NCBI RefSeq assembly: GCF_004010195.1 | Contig: NC_057719.1 | Coordinates: 42,369,820-42,433,819 of the forward strand | DNA length: 64,000 bases | Source of the DNA: Chiloscyllium plagiosum | Taxonomy: Eukaryota | Direction: 5' to 3' | Shown here: positions 41,549-52,045 of the stretch, piece by piece | How positions within the stretch are numbered: position 1 is the first letter of the stretch | How the letters are laid out: every line of letters starts with the position of its first letter | Translations under genes and position numbers: made by a program | The notes under the pieces: model-generated | Told to the model about the DNA's origin: nothing | Seen by the model: the letters and a program-made list of their open reading frames with translations, nothing else | The model's database searches: none

Positions 41549-42284
41549 ACAAACTTAATTATTTAAACATCTATTTGTAGATTACTGATTTCTGAACATT
41601 AAAACAGCAGTGCAATAGATAACTCACTGCTCTTAATAATAGCTTTGCTAACCCCAGGAGACTAACAGATACTTCCTCAATCTCTCAATGGCTGTTAAGA
41701 GATATTTGATAGCTGTTTAAGCTATGACATGCCATTCATTGACTCCTGCCTCTTAATTGAACAGGTTGAATAATTTGTGACCATAGGCAGCATTCCCACA
41801 CAGGCAAGGCATGAAAACTGGCGATGTTTCGTGTTGTAGCTTTGTATACACATTGCACATTCTACATTAAGAAACTTTGTGCTTGCTGCCTACCTGTTTA
41901 CTTCTTGTTGGCACTTAACCTGAAGACGACTGTCAAGTGAGCTTCTCAGTTACAGAGCTGATCCAACAATGGGTCAAGACACAAGAGGGACAGAAAAGGA
42001 GAACAATTAGTCAGCCCATGCCCACACAGCCAGGAGGTAAATTTATTGACTGAATGATTAACCTAAGCACAGCTGTCTGAACTTGCTAAAGATTGTTTGA
42101 AAAATTCATACCCACCAGTACAGCACCTAGAAAGCTTTTAGTGGCTCCCAAAAATCTCACAAGAGTCCGAGACTCAAGTTAAGATTGCTTGCTGCTTCCA
42201 GATTCTTTGTTTTTGCTGCTGGGCTAGACATCTTACATTGTTAAGGGCAAAAGGCCAAACTTAAAATGCTTTCCATAAGAGACT

Positions 42285-42890
42285 TAGAGTCAGAGATGTA
42301 CAGCATGGAAACACACCCTTCAGTCCAATTGTCCATGCTGACCAAGTATCTAGTCCCATTTGCCAGTACATGGCCCATATCTGTCTAAACCCTTCCTTTT
42401 CACATACAACATTTAAGAGGCATCTGGATGGGTAATTGTACAGTCTCCACCACTTCCATTGGTAGCTCATTCCATACATACACCACCTTTTGTGTGAAAA
42501 AGTTGCCCCTCAGGTTCTTTTTAAATCTTTCCCTTCTCATCCTAAACCTATGCTTTCTAGTTCTGGACACATCCAAACCAGAGAAACGACCTTGTCTGTT
42601 TACCCATTCCATGCCCCTCATGATTTTATAACCTTCCATAAAGTCACCCCTCAACCTCCGACACTCCAAGAAAAACAGCCCCAGCCTATTCAGCCTTTCC
42701 CTTTAGCTCAAACCATAACAATACCATTGTAAATATTTTCTGAACCCTTTCAAGTTTCATAACATCCTTCCTATAACAGCGAGACCAGAATTGCACACTA
42801 TATTCTAAAAGCAGCCTAACCAATGTCCTGTATAATCATAACATGACCTCCCAACTCAATGCTCTGACCAATCAAGGAAAGCATACTAAA
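42285..42890 (-). mobile_element. CR1 3' fragment
   Basis: RRLRGDF..YKIMRG and LRGNFFTQKVV.VWNELP. Confidence 0.85.
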
Positions 42891-43274
42891 TTCCTACTTC
42901 TTGATTCAACAGTAGATTCTAGAGCTGAGGTCTGGTGCCAATTATAGCTAGACTAGAAGAATCTAGCCTTAGGGTTTTATTAGATATTGTAACAGAATTT
43001 TTAAAAATGGCTTTATTGTGTGAGGATTTGGAAATGTCAGGTCAAGCATTTAAAACTAGTAATGTTGCTCAATTAAATAATCATTGGAGGGAGTTCAGAG
43101 GCAGTTCAAGTTCCACTCCAGGGCTTAAGCACTGGCAATGAAGAATGACACCAGTGCAGCATTTCCCTCAGTGCTGCACCGTCAGAAAGGTTATCTTTCT
43201 GATAAAACCTTAAACAGAGGTTCTATCTGACTGTTCACGTCCACGTGAGAAGAGCAAGGTCATCCTGTTGAGAT

Positions 43275-43800
43275 AGAATGATGGAATCGCTAGTGTGGAA
43301 ACAGGCCCTTTGGCCCAACAAGTCCACACCAACCCTGTGAAGAATAACCCCTCCAGACTCATTCCCCTACCCTATTATTCTAAATATACTTCTGACTAAT
43401 GCACCTAAACTACACATCCCTGAACAGTATGGGCAATTTAGCATGGCCAATTCACCTAACCTGCACATCTTTGGATGGCAGATGGCCCATATCTATCTCT
43501 CAACCAGTTATGTAAGAATAGATTACATTGCAGTGTGGTAACAGGCCCTTCGGCCCAACAAGTCCACACCGACCCGCCGAAGCGCAACCCACCCATACCC
43601 CTACATTTACCCCTTATCTAACACTACTGGCAATTTAGCATGGCCAATTCACCTGACCTGCACATCTTTGGACTGTGGGAGGAAACCGGAGCACCCGGAG
43701 GAAACCCACGCAGACACGGGGAGAACGTGCACACTCCACACAGTCAGTCGCCTGAGGCGGGAATTGAACCCGGGCAGCAGTGCTAACCACTGTGCCGCCC
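43275..43800 (-). mobile_element. Two adjacent HE1-type SINE copies (43275-43475 partial; 43520-43800)
   Basis: The second copy is nearly identical to 41235-41548, apart from a short deletion in the head. Confidence 0.85.
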
Positions 43801-44432
43801 ACAAATCAGCTCTTAAGAGCTGATATGCCATATAGTGTGGACAAGCAGCAGAAGAACAAGCAGAGCTATTAAATAGCAGAATTATTATAAATGTAAATTG
43901 ACCAAAAAATTCAGCAGGTCTGTAACATCTATGGATTGAAAACAGAGTTAATACAGTATACAGTGGCCCTTCTTCACAACTAGAAGCAGCTCAAACAAGG
44001 TAGCATTTATGCTGATTAATGGGAGGGAAAGAAAGGACTGAGCAGAGAGGTGGCCGCAGAACCCAGGGAGAGAAAAAAATAAGTCAGATAAGGGTTTGTT
44101 GATAGTAAGCCAAGGCAAGACAAGAAGCTAATCAGGACTAAGAGTTGAAAACAGGTTGGCTGTCCCGAGCAACCTATTTCAGGACAGAATCTGGAGTAGT
44201 GGGAGTGAGTAATAGACAAGAAAGGCGATGTTCTTAGTCTGAAATTGTTAAATTCGATATTGAGTCATGAAGGCTGCAAGTTACCGGAGGTGTAGTTCCT
44301 CCAGCTTTCATCGAACTTTGCTGGGACAGATGCTGAAAATAGTTAAGTAGCATTACATCGTGAGCTGAGTTTCTCTCTCCACAAATGCTCTGATACCTAC
44401 AAAGATCCTCCAACACTTCCCTCTTTGACCTC

Positions 44433-44588
44433 ATGATTTGGAGATGCCGGTGTTGGACTGGGGTGTACAAAGTTAAAAATCACACACCAGCAGATTATAG
44501 TCCAACAGGTTTAATTGTCGCTCCGAAAGCTAGTGTGCTTCCAATTAAACCTGTTGGACTATAACCTGGTGTTGTGTGATTTTTAACT
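44433..44588. repeat. Penelope-derived inverted repeat just upstream of the SIVA1 promoter
   Basis: Arms 44471-44517 / 44542-44588; the loop keeps GCTCCGAAAGCTA. Related copy at about 1430-1550. Confidence 0.75.
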
Positions 44589-44629
44589 CTGACCTTAGCA
44601 TCCACAGTAACAATTCACATTGACCCTGC

Positions 44630-45070
44630 AGATAAAGGCACGCGCTGGGACAGAGGGAACACGTGACCTGTGGGCGGAGCTTCATCCTTAGGCCACTCCC
44701 TACCACGTGAGCGGGCGCCGGCCTCCTGATAGGCGCGTGTCCCGGCGGGTCAGAGGTTGCGGTTTGGCGCCTCTCGGTTTGTTTTTTTCTCTCGGTGAAC
44801 GGGATCTGGTGTTCGGTGCCGCCGGTATGACCAAGAGAGCCAGCCCGTTCGGCGACACGGCACCGCTGCAGTGGAAGATCCACGTCACCCAGAAAGAGCT
44901 GAATGAGGGGGTGTTCGGGGAGCAGTACAAGCGGGAGGTGTACGGTGAGTGGCTGCATTTAGAGGCCGCACAGCGCGAGAGCCGGAGGGAGGCCCTGCCT
45001 GCACGGAGCAAGGTCGGGGCAAGTGTCTCGGCATTGACGGTAACTGGCCTTCTGGACAGCGCGGCCCCTT
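44630..45070 (+). promoter_or_regulatory. CpG-island promoter of SIVA1
   Basis: The clearest CpG-dense non-repeat stretch in the window. E-boxes CACGTG at 44660-44665 (CACGTGAC) and 44704-44709; GC box TGGGCGGAGC at 44671-44680; no TATA box seen. Confidence 0.8.
44827..44944 (+). CDS. SIVA1: Apoptosis regulatory protein Siva, exon 1
   Basis: [39 protein letters not shown], 118 nt, donor |gtgagt, inside a CpG island. Resembles the SIVA1 N-terminus (MPKRSCPFADVAPLQLK...). Confidence 0.95.
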
Positions 45071-48055
45071 TCTTACTGACCTGCACCTGAGGCTGTTAGT
45101 AAACTGAGCTCCGTTTCAGGATAAACGCAAATTACTGGCATCTGAAACCAAAAGGAGAGAAAAAAAATCCAGCATTTTCTCTTTTTATCTCCGTTTCAGG
45201 GGGCGGTTGTAACACCTTTTTTTTTAGATCGGCGTCTCTGTTTTTATCAGAATTGGCTTGAGGGAGGAAGGCTCTTTTCGGTGTTTGGTTGAAAGGTTGG
45301 TGGACTTGGGAGTTGTCTACAGGGCAAAAGCGAGTCTGTGGTAACCTAAATTGCAAAGTCCTTGAGCCGTGCACAGCGTTTAATTTCACTGGAGAAAGTG
45401 AAAGAAACCTCCAAAACGATAGGAAATTGTGCTAAGTCTCTAAAACTAAAATGGTAACAAGCTGAAAGGGTGACTTTGCACACGCGAAAGTTGACTTCTG
45501 ATGCTTAAGAGGCTGTTTGGCAGGAATGAAAACTTGGCCTGTTTTAAGTTTTTTGTTTTCCCAGAGACTGCGTACAACGAGTGCAGTGGCTTCATTCGGC
45601 GTGTTTTTCAGTAGTGAGTCACATAGCTTTGTACCAGTTTCCAGGACAGTGATAACTTCCCAATTTGTCTTTAACTGTATTGCTACTAAGCGTTCTTATC
45701 TGATTTGCACTGAGTGGTTGGCATTTTCTTCTTACTGCAAGACCGAGGCCTTGTAATTTGCTTTGAAAATAGTATTTGAGCACAAGTTTTCACTATTAAA
45801 CTTCACGTGATAGATGAGACTTGTGTGGAAATCCAAAACCTCATCTAAGTGATAGCTTACTATAAGTTCTGTCACTGATTTATCACATATGTTTGAATCT
45901 AGGCTTTTCTTCCACTAACAGCAAATTTGTTTTTAGTCAGTTATGAGATGTGGGCGTTGCTGGCTGGACCACCAGTTATTGCCTGTCCCCAGTAGGCCTT
46001 GGTGGTGAGCTGCCTTTTAGCACTGCTGCAGTGCTGTCAGTACAGCCACCATGCTGCTAGGGAGGCAGTTTCAGGATTTTGATCCAGTGCACCTCCAGTT
46101 CTGGGCCTTTTGTGATCAATAACCATGTAATTCACTGGCCTCTTCTAACTATTGTAGAATCTTACAATGTAGTTTCTTTTCTAGATATGGAAAGGTACTG
46201 TATCATGGCTACCTCCTAAGCTTTCCACTTGTTGAGTTCTGGACAATTCTCAAACAATTTTTATAATATTGTGAAAGTGCTCAAATGAAAGGTCTTTTCA
46301 CAAGTTATAAATGGAACTGCTTTAACTGAAGTACCTTTTTTACTTTTTTAAAAAAAAAATCAGGCAATAAAAGTTGAGCACTTGGGCACACACACTGCTG
46401 GCTGAATGTTAGCTTTGCATGCAGTTTCTTCTATAAGGTGCTGGCCAGATTAGACTGTGCAGAATACTAGGTGAGTGGGCTGATTTAATACGAGCCTCTT
46501 GGTCTATTTCCTTGCTTGTAGCCCTATGGCCATGCAAGTTTATTTCTGTCAAGAACCCATGCAACTTTATTTTGAAATTACTCATCTTCTGTTTTAACCA
46601 CCTCTATGGTGCAACCTCCAGGTCACTCTTAATCTTCATGTGCACCCCTTTGAATTGTTACCAAAAACTTTAGGCAGTGAAAAACCTATGGGACACAAAT
46701 TTAAGGGGAACAGTCCTTTTTTTGTCTACTTGATCAAAACCTGTTAGTTTTCTCCATGCCTATAAAATCATCATCCCACCTGGCTCAATTTGTGTTTCTC
46801 CATCTGTCATGCTGAGTCTGACTTATATTCATGAACAGAAGTTGGCCAGTTTGCTGAAATTCACTTCAACTTCTAATTCATAAGCCAATCAAATTAGTCA
46901 ATGGGTTCTATCTTTGACAAATCTATGTAGTTTCTCTTTGATCAACTCAACCTCTAGGTGCCTGATTCCCTGCACCCTAGTATGTCTAGACTGACTTTCC
47001 TAGTTACTAGAAATATCCTTGCATCCTTCCTTGAACAAGCACATCACACTTTTACTTTGCAGTCTTCTAAAATATCCCTTTTATATCTGCAAGGTCATGG
47101 CATACCTTTCTACTATATTCACCTTTATTTGTCTTAGCACTGGAAACATCATGCCGGCAACTTACCCCTCCTGTCTCCAAATCAATTTTTATTTCCTATC
47201 CTTTTCTTTGAACTGATTTCTTTTTTAACGTTTTCTCCATATTCTAGCCTTGTCTAGGGCTTATTAGTACAGATTGTTCTTTGTTCTGAATGCAGGTGGT
47301 TCTCCAATAGCATGTGCTCTTACAACATGAATTGATTGTAACACAATTACTGAATTTAGACCGATATTTGTAGAACACTAAATTCCTTACATGACATGAT
47401 TCTGGCCCTGTTAGTTTTAAATGGTGCTGATATTTCACAATTCTTTTATAAAACAAGATTGTATGGGAACTGAATTAGTGTTAGAACTACCTGTAGACCC
47501 AACCCTGTCTCCTACTTGCATGGTAGAAGTTTTGGGTCCTTTAGTTCCTGCTATTTTCTCATCTCTTTGCTTTCCTTTTCTCTTCCCTGTGAACTTGTAT
47601 TTGGTTTGGTTCTAGTTTGAAGGATCCACCTGATGTACATCATGCACCACTTTTATTAATCATTCTCAATTTTCCTCTTCCTTCCATATACTCACTTCTT
47701 CTTGGTCTGTTCCTTTCCAACATGCAACTATTTCCTCTTGGTATTTCTAATACTACACCTTTTGTACATCATAAACTTTTACTTGTGTCCATCAATTGTC
47801 CAATGCAGTTAAACTCACCCACCAGTGTGGCGATATAACTTGTCTCAAGTGCAGTCTGCAGGTTGACTAATATTGAAAGACAGATGGAGAGGGAGTAACA
47901 TGCAGAACAATTAGCACAGGGAGAAGAATAATGTGCCCTAATATGCATTCATTTTTAGAATTTTATTGGCAAGATTAGTAATTTTGCAGATTTGTTTACA
48001 TTTTTAATCACTTTGAATTGACTCCCAATTTTATTTTTAATGTTTTTATTTGCAG

Positions 48056-48286
48056 AAAAAACTAAATGTTTGCTGTTTAACGGTGCACAAGCCTTTATGG
48101 GATGTATGTGGGCTGGCAGCTCAGAAGAGAATTGTACACTGGTTCCTATGACCAAGCCTGTTGAAGATAACTGCTTTAAAAAAACTGATGTTTGTAATGG
48201 ATGTGAAAGACGAGAGTTACTCCATGGGCAAACATTTCTAGGACACAATGGGCAACTTATAAAGGGTTCACGGTCTTCATATAAAT
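48056..48286 (+). CDS. SIVA1: SIVA1 exon 2
   Basis: tttgcag|, 231 nt, phase 1-1, |gtaagc. EKTKCLLFNGAQAFMGCMW...LLHGQTFLGHNGQLIKG... Confidence 0.93.
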
Positions 48287-48663
48287 GTAAGCTTACTCCA
48301 ATTAATCCATATTTATTTTATGCTGTGATGTTTGCATTCTGATGGGTTCCTGGCTATTACTAGAGCATTTTAAAGTTCTAATCTGAACACTGCAGTCTGC
48401 AACAATGTTCATAGATATCCAAGTGAGATCCTAACAATAGCTGCCTACAAGATTTTATTAAAGTGTTCAGATTTATGCCAGTTCCCCTTTTTTTTGCAAG
48501 TTTTGAATCCTTTGAGATATGAAATCACTCCTCTTTAGCAATTACAAGTTATGGGTCAGTTGTGTGAAATGGGTTATTGCTTGTGTTCTATCTATGCTTG
48601 TGAAGCTTTTTTCTGGATGTAGGTTTGCTCGCTGAGGTAGAAGGTTTGTTTTCATTCAGAGGC

Positions 48664-48703
48664 TCACTGAAGATGTTACCTACTATGGTGACGAAACATC
48701 TGA
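48664..48703 (+). ncRNA. Minimal type-I hammerhead ribozyme motif (Penelope-type)
   Basis: UCA-CUGAAGA-U-GUUACC-uacuau-GGUGAC-GAAAC-AUC^UGA: intact core boxes, 6-bp stem II, 3-bp stem I. Confidence 0.65.
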
Positions 48704-49208
48704 AAACAAACCACCTAGCTCAGCGAGCAAACCTACATCAGAACCCCATCGTGAGCTACAAATCTTAAAACTGACTAGCTTTGTTTTCTGTTTTTTTGTG
48801 ATAATTGATATTACTAAAACTGAAGTTCTATAAGCAATTGTTGACAATAATAACACTTCATTTTAACATGTCAGTGCATATTGAGCTGTTCTTTGAAGTG
48901 AATAGAAAAGCTATTCTTGTACAGCAGGGCTTTAAATTTTAAATATTGGCATAAATGTGATTTTTCTTTTTGGGTTGGGGGGGAATTGCAGGGTGTCACC
49001 AAGAGGCTGTTTGACTCTGGTTTCTGTTCATGACAAAGCTAGCCACTTGATGGAATATGACATTAGAATAATTGCTGATGTTTTCTCAGACGAGCACAGC
49101 TGAATTACCAACTTCTCACTAAGTGAGACACGACTTCCCTGACAACTGTAGTCGTGTTTACTGGTTTTGGATTTCATTAAAAACAAGTTCCATGATCTGT
49201 CAGTAAGT

Positions 49209-49575
49209 TTTGATGCAGCAAAGTTAAGAATTTTAGTAAATTTTTGGTCTTTGCTTTTACTTGCAATTGTTGTTTATTGTAGTTTGGTTTTTAACAAGCT
49301 CACTTTTTTGTTTTTATTCCATAGCATCAGTCAAGCCAGCAACCATGAACTGTTTTATCTGTTTAAAGCCAGCAAATTTCAAGGAGCCATGCTTTGATGC
49401 AGCAAAGTTAAGAATTTTAGTAAATTTTTGGTCTTCGCTTTTACTTGCAATTGTTGTTTATTGTAGTTTGGTTTTTAACAAGCTCACTTTTGTTTTTATT
49501 CCATAGCATCAGTCAAGCCAGCAACCATGAACTGTTTTATCTGTTTAAAGCCAGCAAATTTCAAGGAGCCATGCT
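49209..49575. repeat. Tandem duplication of about 183 bp across the SIVA1 intron 2 / exon 3 boundary
   Basis: 49209-49392 and 49393-49574 differ by one substitution and a 2-nt T-run indel. Confidence 0.95.
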
Positions 49576-49663
49576 CACAGTGTGACCACTTAATATGCCA
49601 ACATTGCAGCAAAGTTTGTGATCATTGTGCAAGGATTTGCTGTTCACTCTGCTCGTTCAATGA
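49507..49663 (+). CDS. SIVA1: SIVA1 exon 3 (Cys-rich zinc-binding region)
   Basis: ccatag|, 157 nt, |gtgagt. SSVKPATMNCFICLKPANFKEPCSQCDHLICQHCSKVCDHCARICCSLCSFN, with repeated CxxC. Confidence 0.92.
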
Positions 49664-50262
49664 GTGAGTAGTCTGATTTTTTTTTTTCCCCTGTGCGTTT
49701 AGATTCAATTTTAATGCAATAATGTGAAACCAAAATTTTGCAGTTTAATATAGTTAATCCACCTGCATTTGAATATTCTGTTCATGTTGATGCTGTGGAA
49801 ACATCCTCATATAAATGAAGACAGTTATTACTGCCCTGCAAATTTCTGCTAAGGAGGTTCTTGTTTGCTGCTTTCATGAAATATGAAAAGGCTTTGCATC
49901 CTAGCCTCTAGCCTGTAAGGTCCAGATTTAGGCCCACCTGCTGTAAAGGTGTCAGGGCATGTCTGAACAAGCTTGTTTTTAATATTGAATTTCAACCAGC
50001 AAGCAAACCTCTCACTCCTCCCCTAGAACAGCTGGAAAACATGTTGATGTTATAGCTTGAGAATTCCCTTTTTTTAATAAAATTCCTTCAATCACTCTAG
50101 AAGTCCACAAATCTTTCATGCTTCTTAACATGCCAAGTACAAAAGGCAGAAGATGGAATCAAAGGCTCTATCTATTCTCTTGTTAGGGAGAACTGTTGAA
50201 TTGCATCTCATTTTTCTTCCAAACTAGAGTATTTTTGTACATTTATATCTAATTAAATCAAA

Positions 50263-50547
50263 GGGCAGCTCAGTGGTTAGCAGTGTTGCCTCACAGCATT
50301 GGGGACCTGGGTTGGATTCTGGTGTCAGGCGACTGTCTGTCTGTCTGCATGGAGTTTGCACATTCTCTGTGGGTTTCCTCCACAGTCCAAACATGTGCGG
50401 GTCAGGTGAATTGGACATTCTAAACTGTCAATACTGATTAGGTGCATTAGGGAGTAGGTGAGTGGGTCTGGGTGGATTACTCTTAGGAGGGTCGTAGTGG
50501 ACTTGATGGGCCGAAGGACCTGTTTCTGCACCGTAGGGAATCTAATC
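50263..50547 (+). mobile_element. HE1-type V-SINE in SIVA1 intron 3
   Basis: Head, core and tail recognisable, with an internal deletion. Confidence 0.82.
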
Positions 50548-51070
50548 TTTAAAAAACTTAAACACTGTCTACCACAAGTGGCTCATCCTTGTTCTAGTTT
50601 TTGAGCCATTGGTTTAATCCTGTTAATACTTCACTAATTTAATGTTTGTTTGCCTCTTTTAAAAAAAACATTATTCCAGGTACATGCCACATTTTCAAAA
50701 GTGAGTCAAAATACTAAGTGAAATAAAGGCAATTAGAACTCATTTCCAGTGTTTTTTGTTCAGAATTTATCATTGATCACCAGACACCATGTGATTCTGC
50801 TGAACCTTTTCCATTTATTTTACTACCTCTACTAGTAAATTCTGTCTGGCTTTTACTTGGCAGTTTGGATAAACGTGCAGCAACTTCTCCAGTAACAAGA
50901 GTGCATGCACTGTATCCATGGTTCAGTGCTGTTGTAGTTGGAGTGCTTTGATTTGGCAACATCTGATTTACAATGGTGTTTTCATCACTACAATCAAACA
51001 CTTGCACTCTTCAACAAATTGGTGTTTTTAAAAAATGCAATACTAACATTTACTACTATTCCTTTTTCAG

Positions 51071-51119
51071 TTATAATGAAGTTCGTGATCGGGTTTTCTG
51101 TTATGGCTGCTTCCCTTGA
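51071..51119 (+). CDS. SIVA1: SIVA1 exon 4 (last coding exon)
   Basis: cctttttcag|; phase-2 join gives DYNEVRDRVFCYGCFP*. Total CDS 555 nt (184 aa). AATAAA at 51250-51255. Confidence 0.9.
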
Positions 51120-51800
51120 AGACACTCAGTTTTGAATCCGCTCTAACTTGTATAGAAATGTTCATAATGCATTAACTTGATCACTTTCATACTTAAATGG
51201 AAGTGAAATCTAATGTTGTAATATAGTGTTTTTAATCTGTATTTGTATAAATAAAACTTTGTATAAATTTTTGCATTATTCCACTGCTCTAGCATTTTAT
51301 TCCTTAAGTACCAAAACTACTTTTTAATCCTAAAGTCCAGTTCAGATTAAAACTAATGTTCTGATAATGTCGTCTTTAAGCAAAAGTAAAATTGATAATT
51401 AACATGACCAAGGTAACAATGCTGAAGACTCAGCCAAGGGGTATCTGAAGGTGTCAGGGTGGCTGCTGTAAGATGGAAAAGTGTTTAGTATAAATTTATC
51501 CCTCTTATTAAAAGGAAGCAGATGCTGGTTTAGTATGTAGTTTTTAAAGTTTGAAGCTAGGTGCAGCAAGTAGGAGAACAAGATTCAAATGATTTGAATA
51601 ATTTCACTGGTACAATTGCAAATTGAGGACTGATCATAAATTGGACTTGGTATCAAGTGAGGCTGGTTTTTAAAAAAAAAAATTCAGTCCTGATACACTG
51701 GGCTATTTCCAAAGATTTATGCATAATTGTTAGTCATAATACATGTGACATTAATTGCTACATTCAAGTGCTAATGCAGTTGCTTATCTCGAGGCCTGAT

Positions 51801-52045
51801 TCTGTAATACTAATACTTGGTCCTGGTGCATTCTAGTGTACTTGATGTGTCTTCCCAGTAATTGTGCAACTAATGCTGCTCAGTGAAGTATGATGCACTG
51901 GACAGAATCTGGTTTCCAGCATCTGCAGTCATTGTTTTTACCTCTGTAATACTAATACTTGGCCCTGGTGCATTCTAGTGTACTTGATGTGTCTTCCCAG
52001 TAATTGTGCAACTAATGCTGCTCAGTGAAGTATGATGCACTGGAC
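51801..52045. repeat. 103-bp direct repeat flanking a 39-nt insert
   Basis: 51801-51903 and 51943-52045 have one mismatch; insert agaatctggtttccagcatctgcagtcattgtttttacc. Confidence 0.92.

Noticed and set aside
44545..45090. Overlapping 127-137 aa ORFs around the SIVA1 promoter
   Set aside because: Stop-poor GC-rich island; only 44827-44944 (+) has homology and a splice donor.
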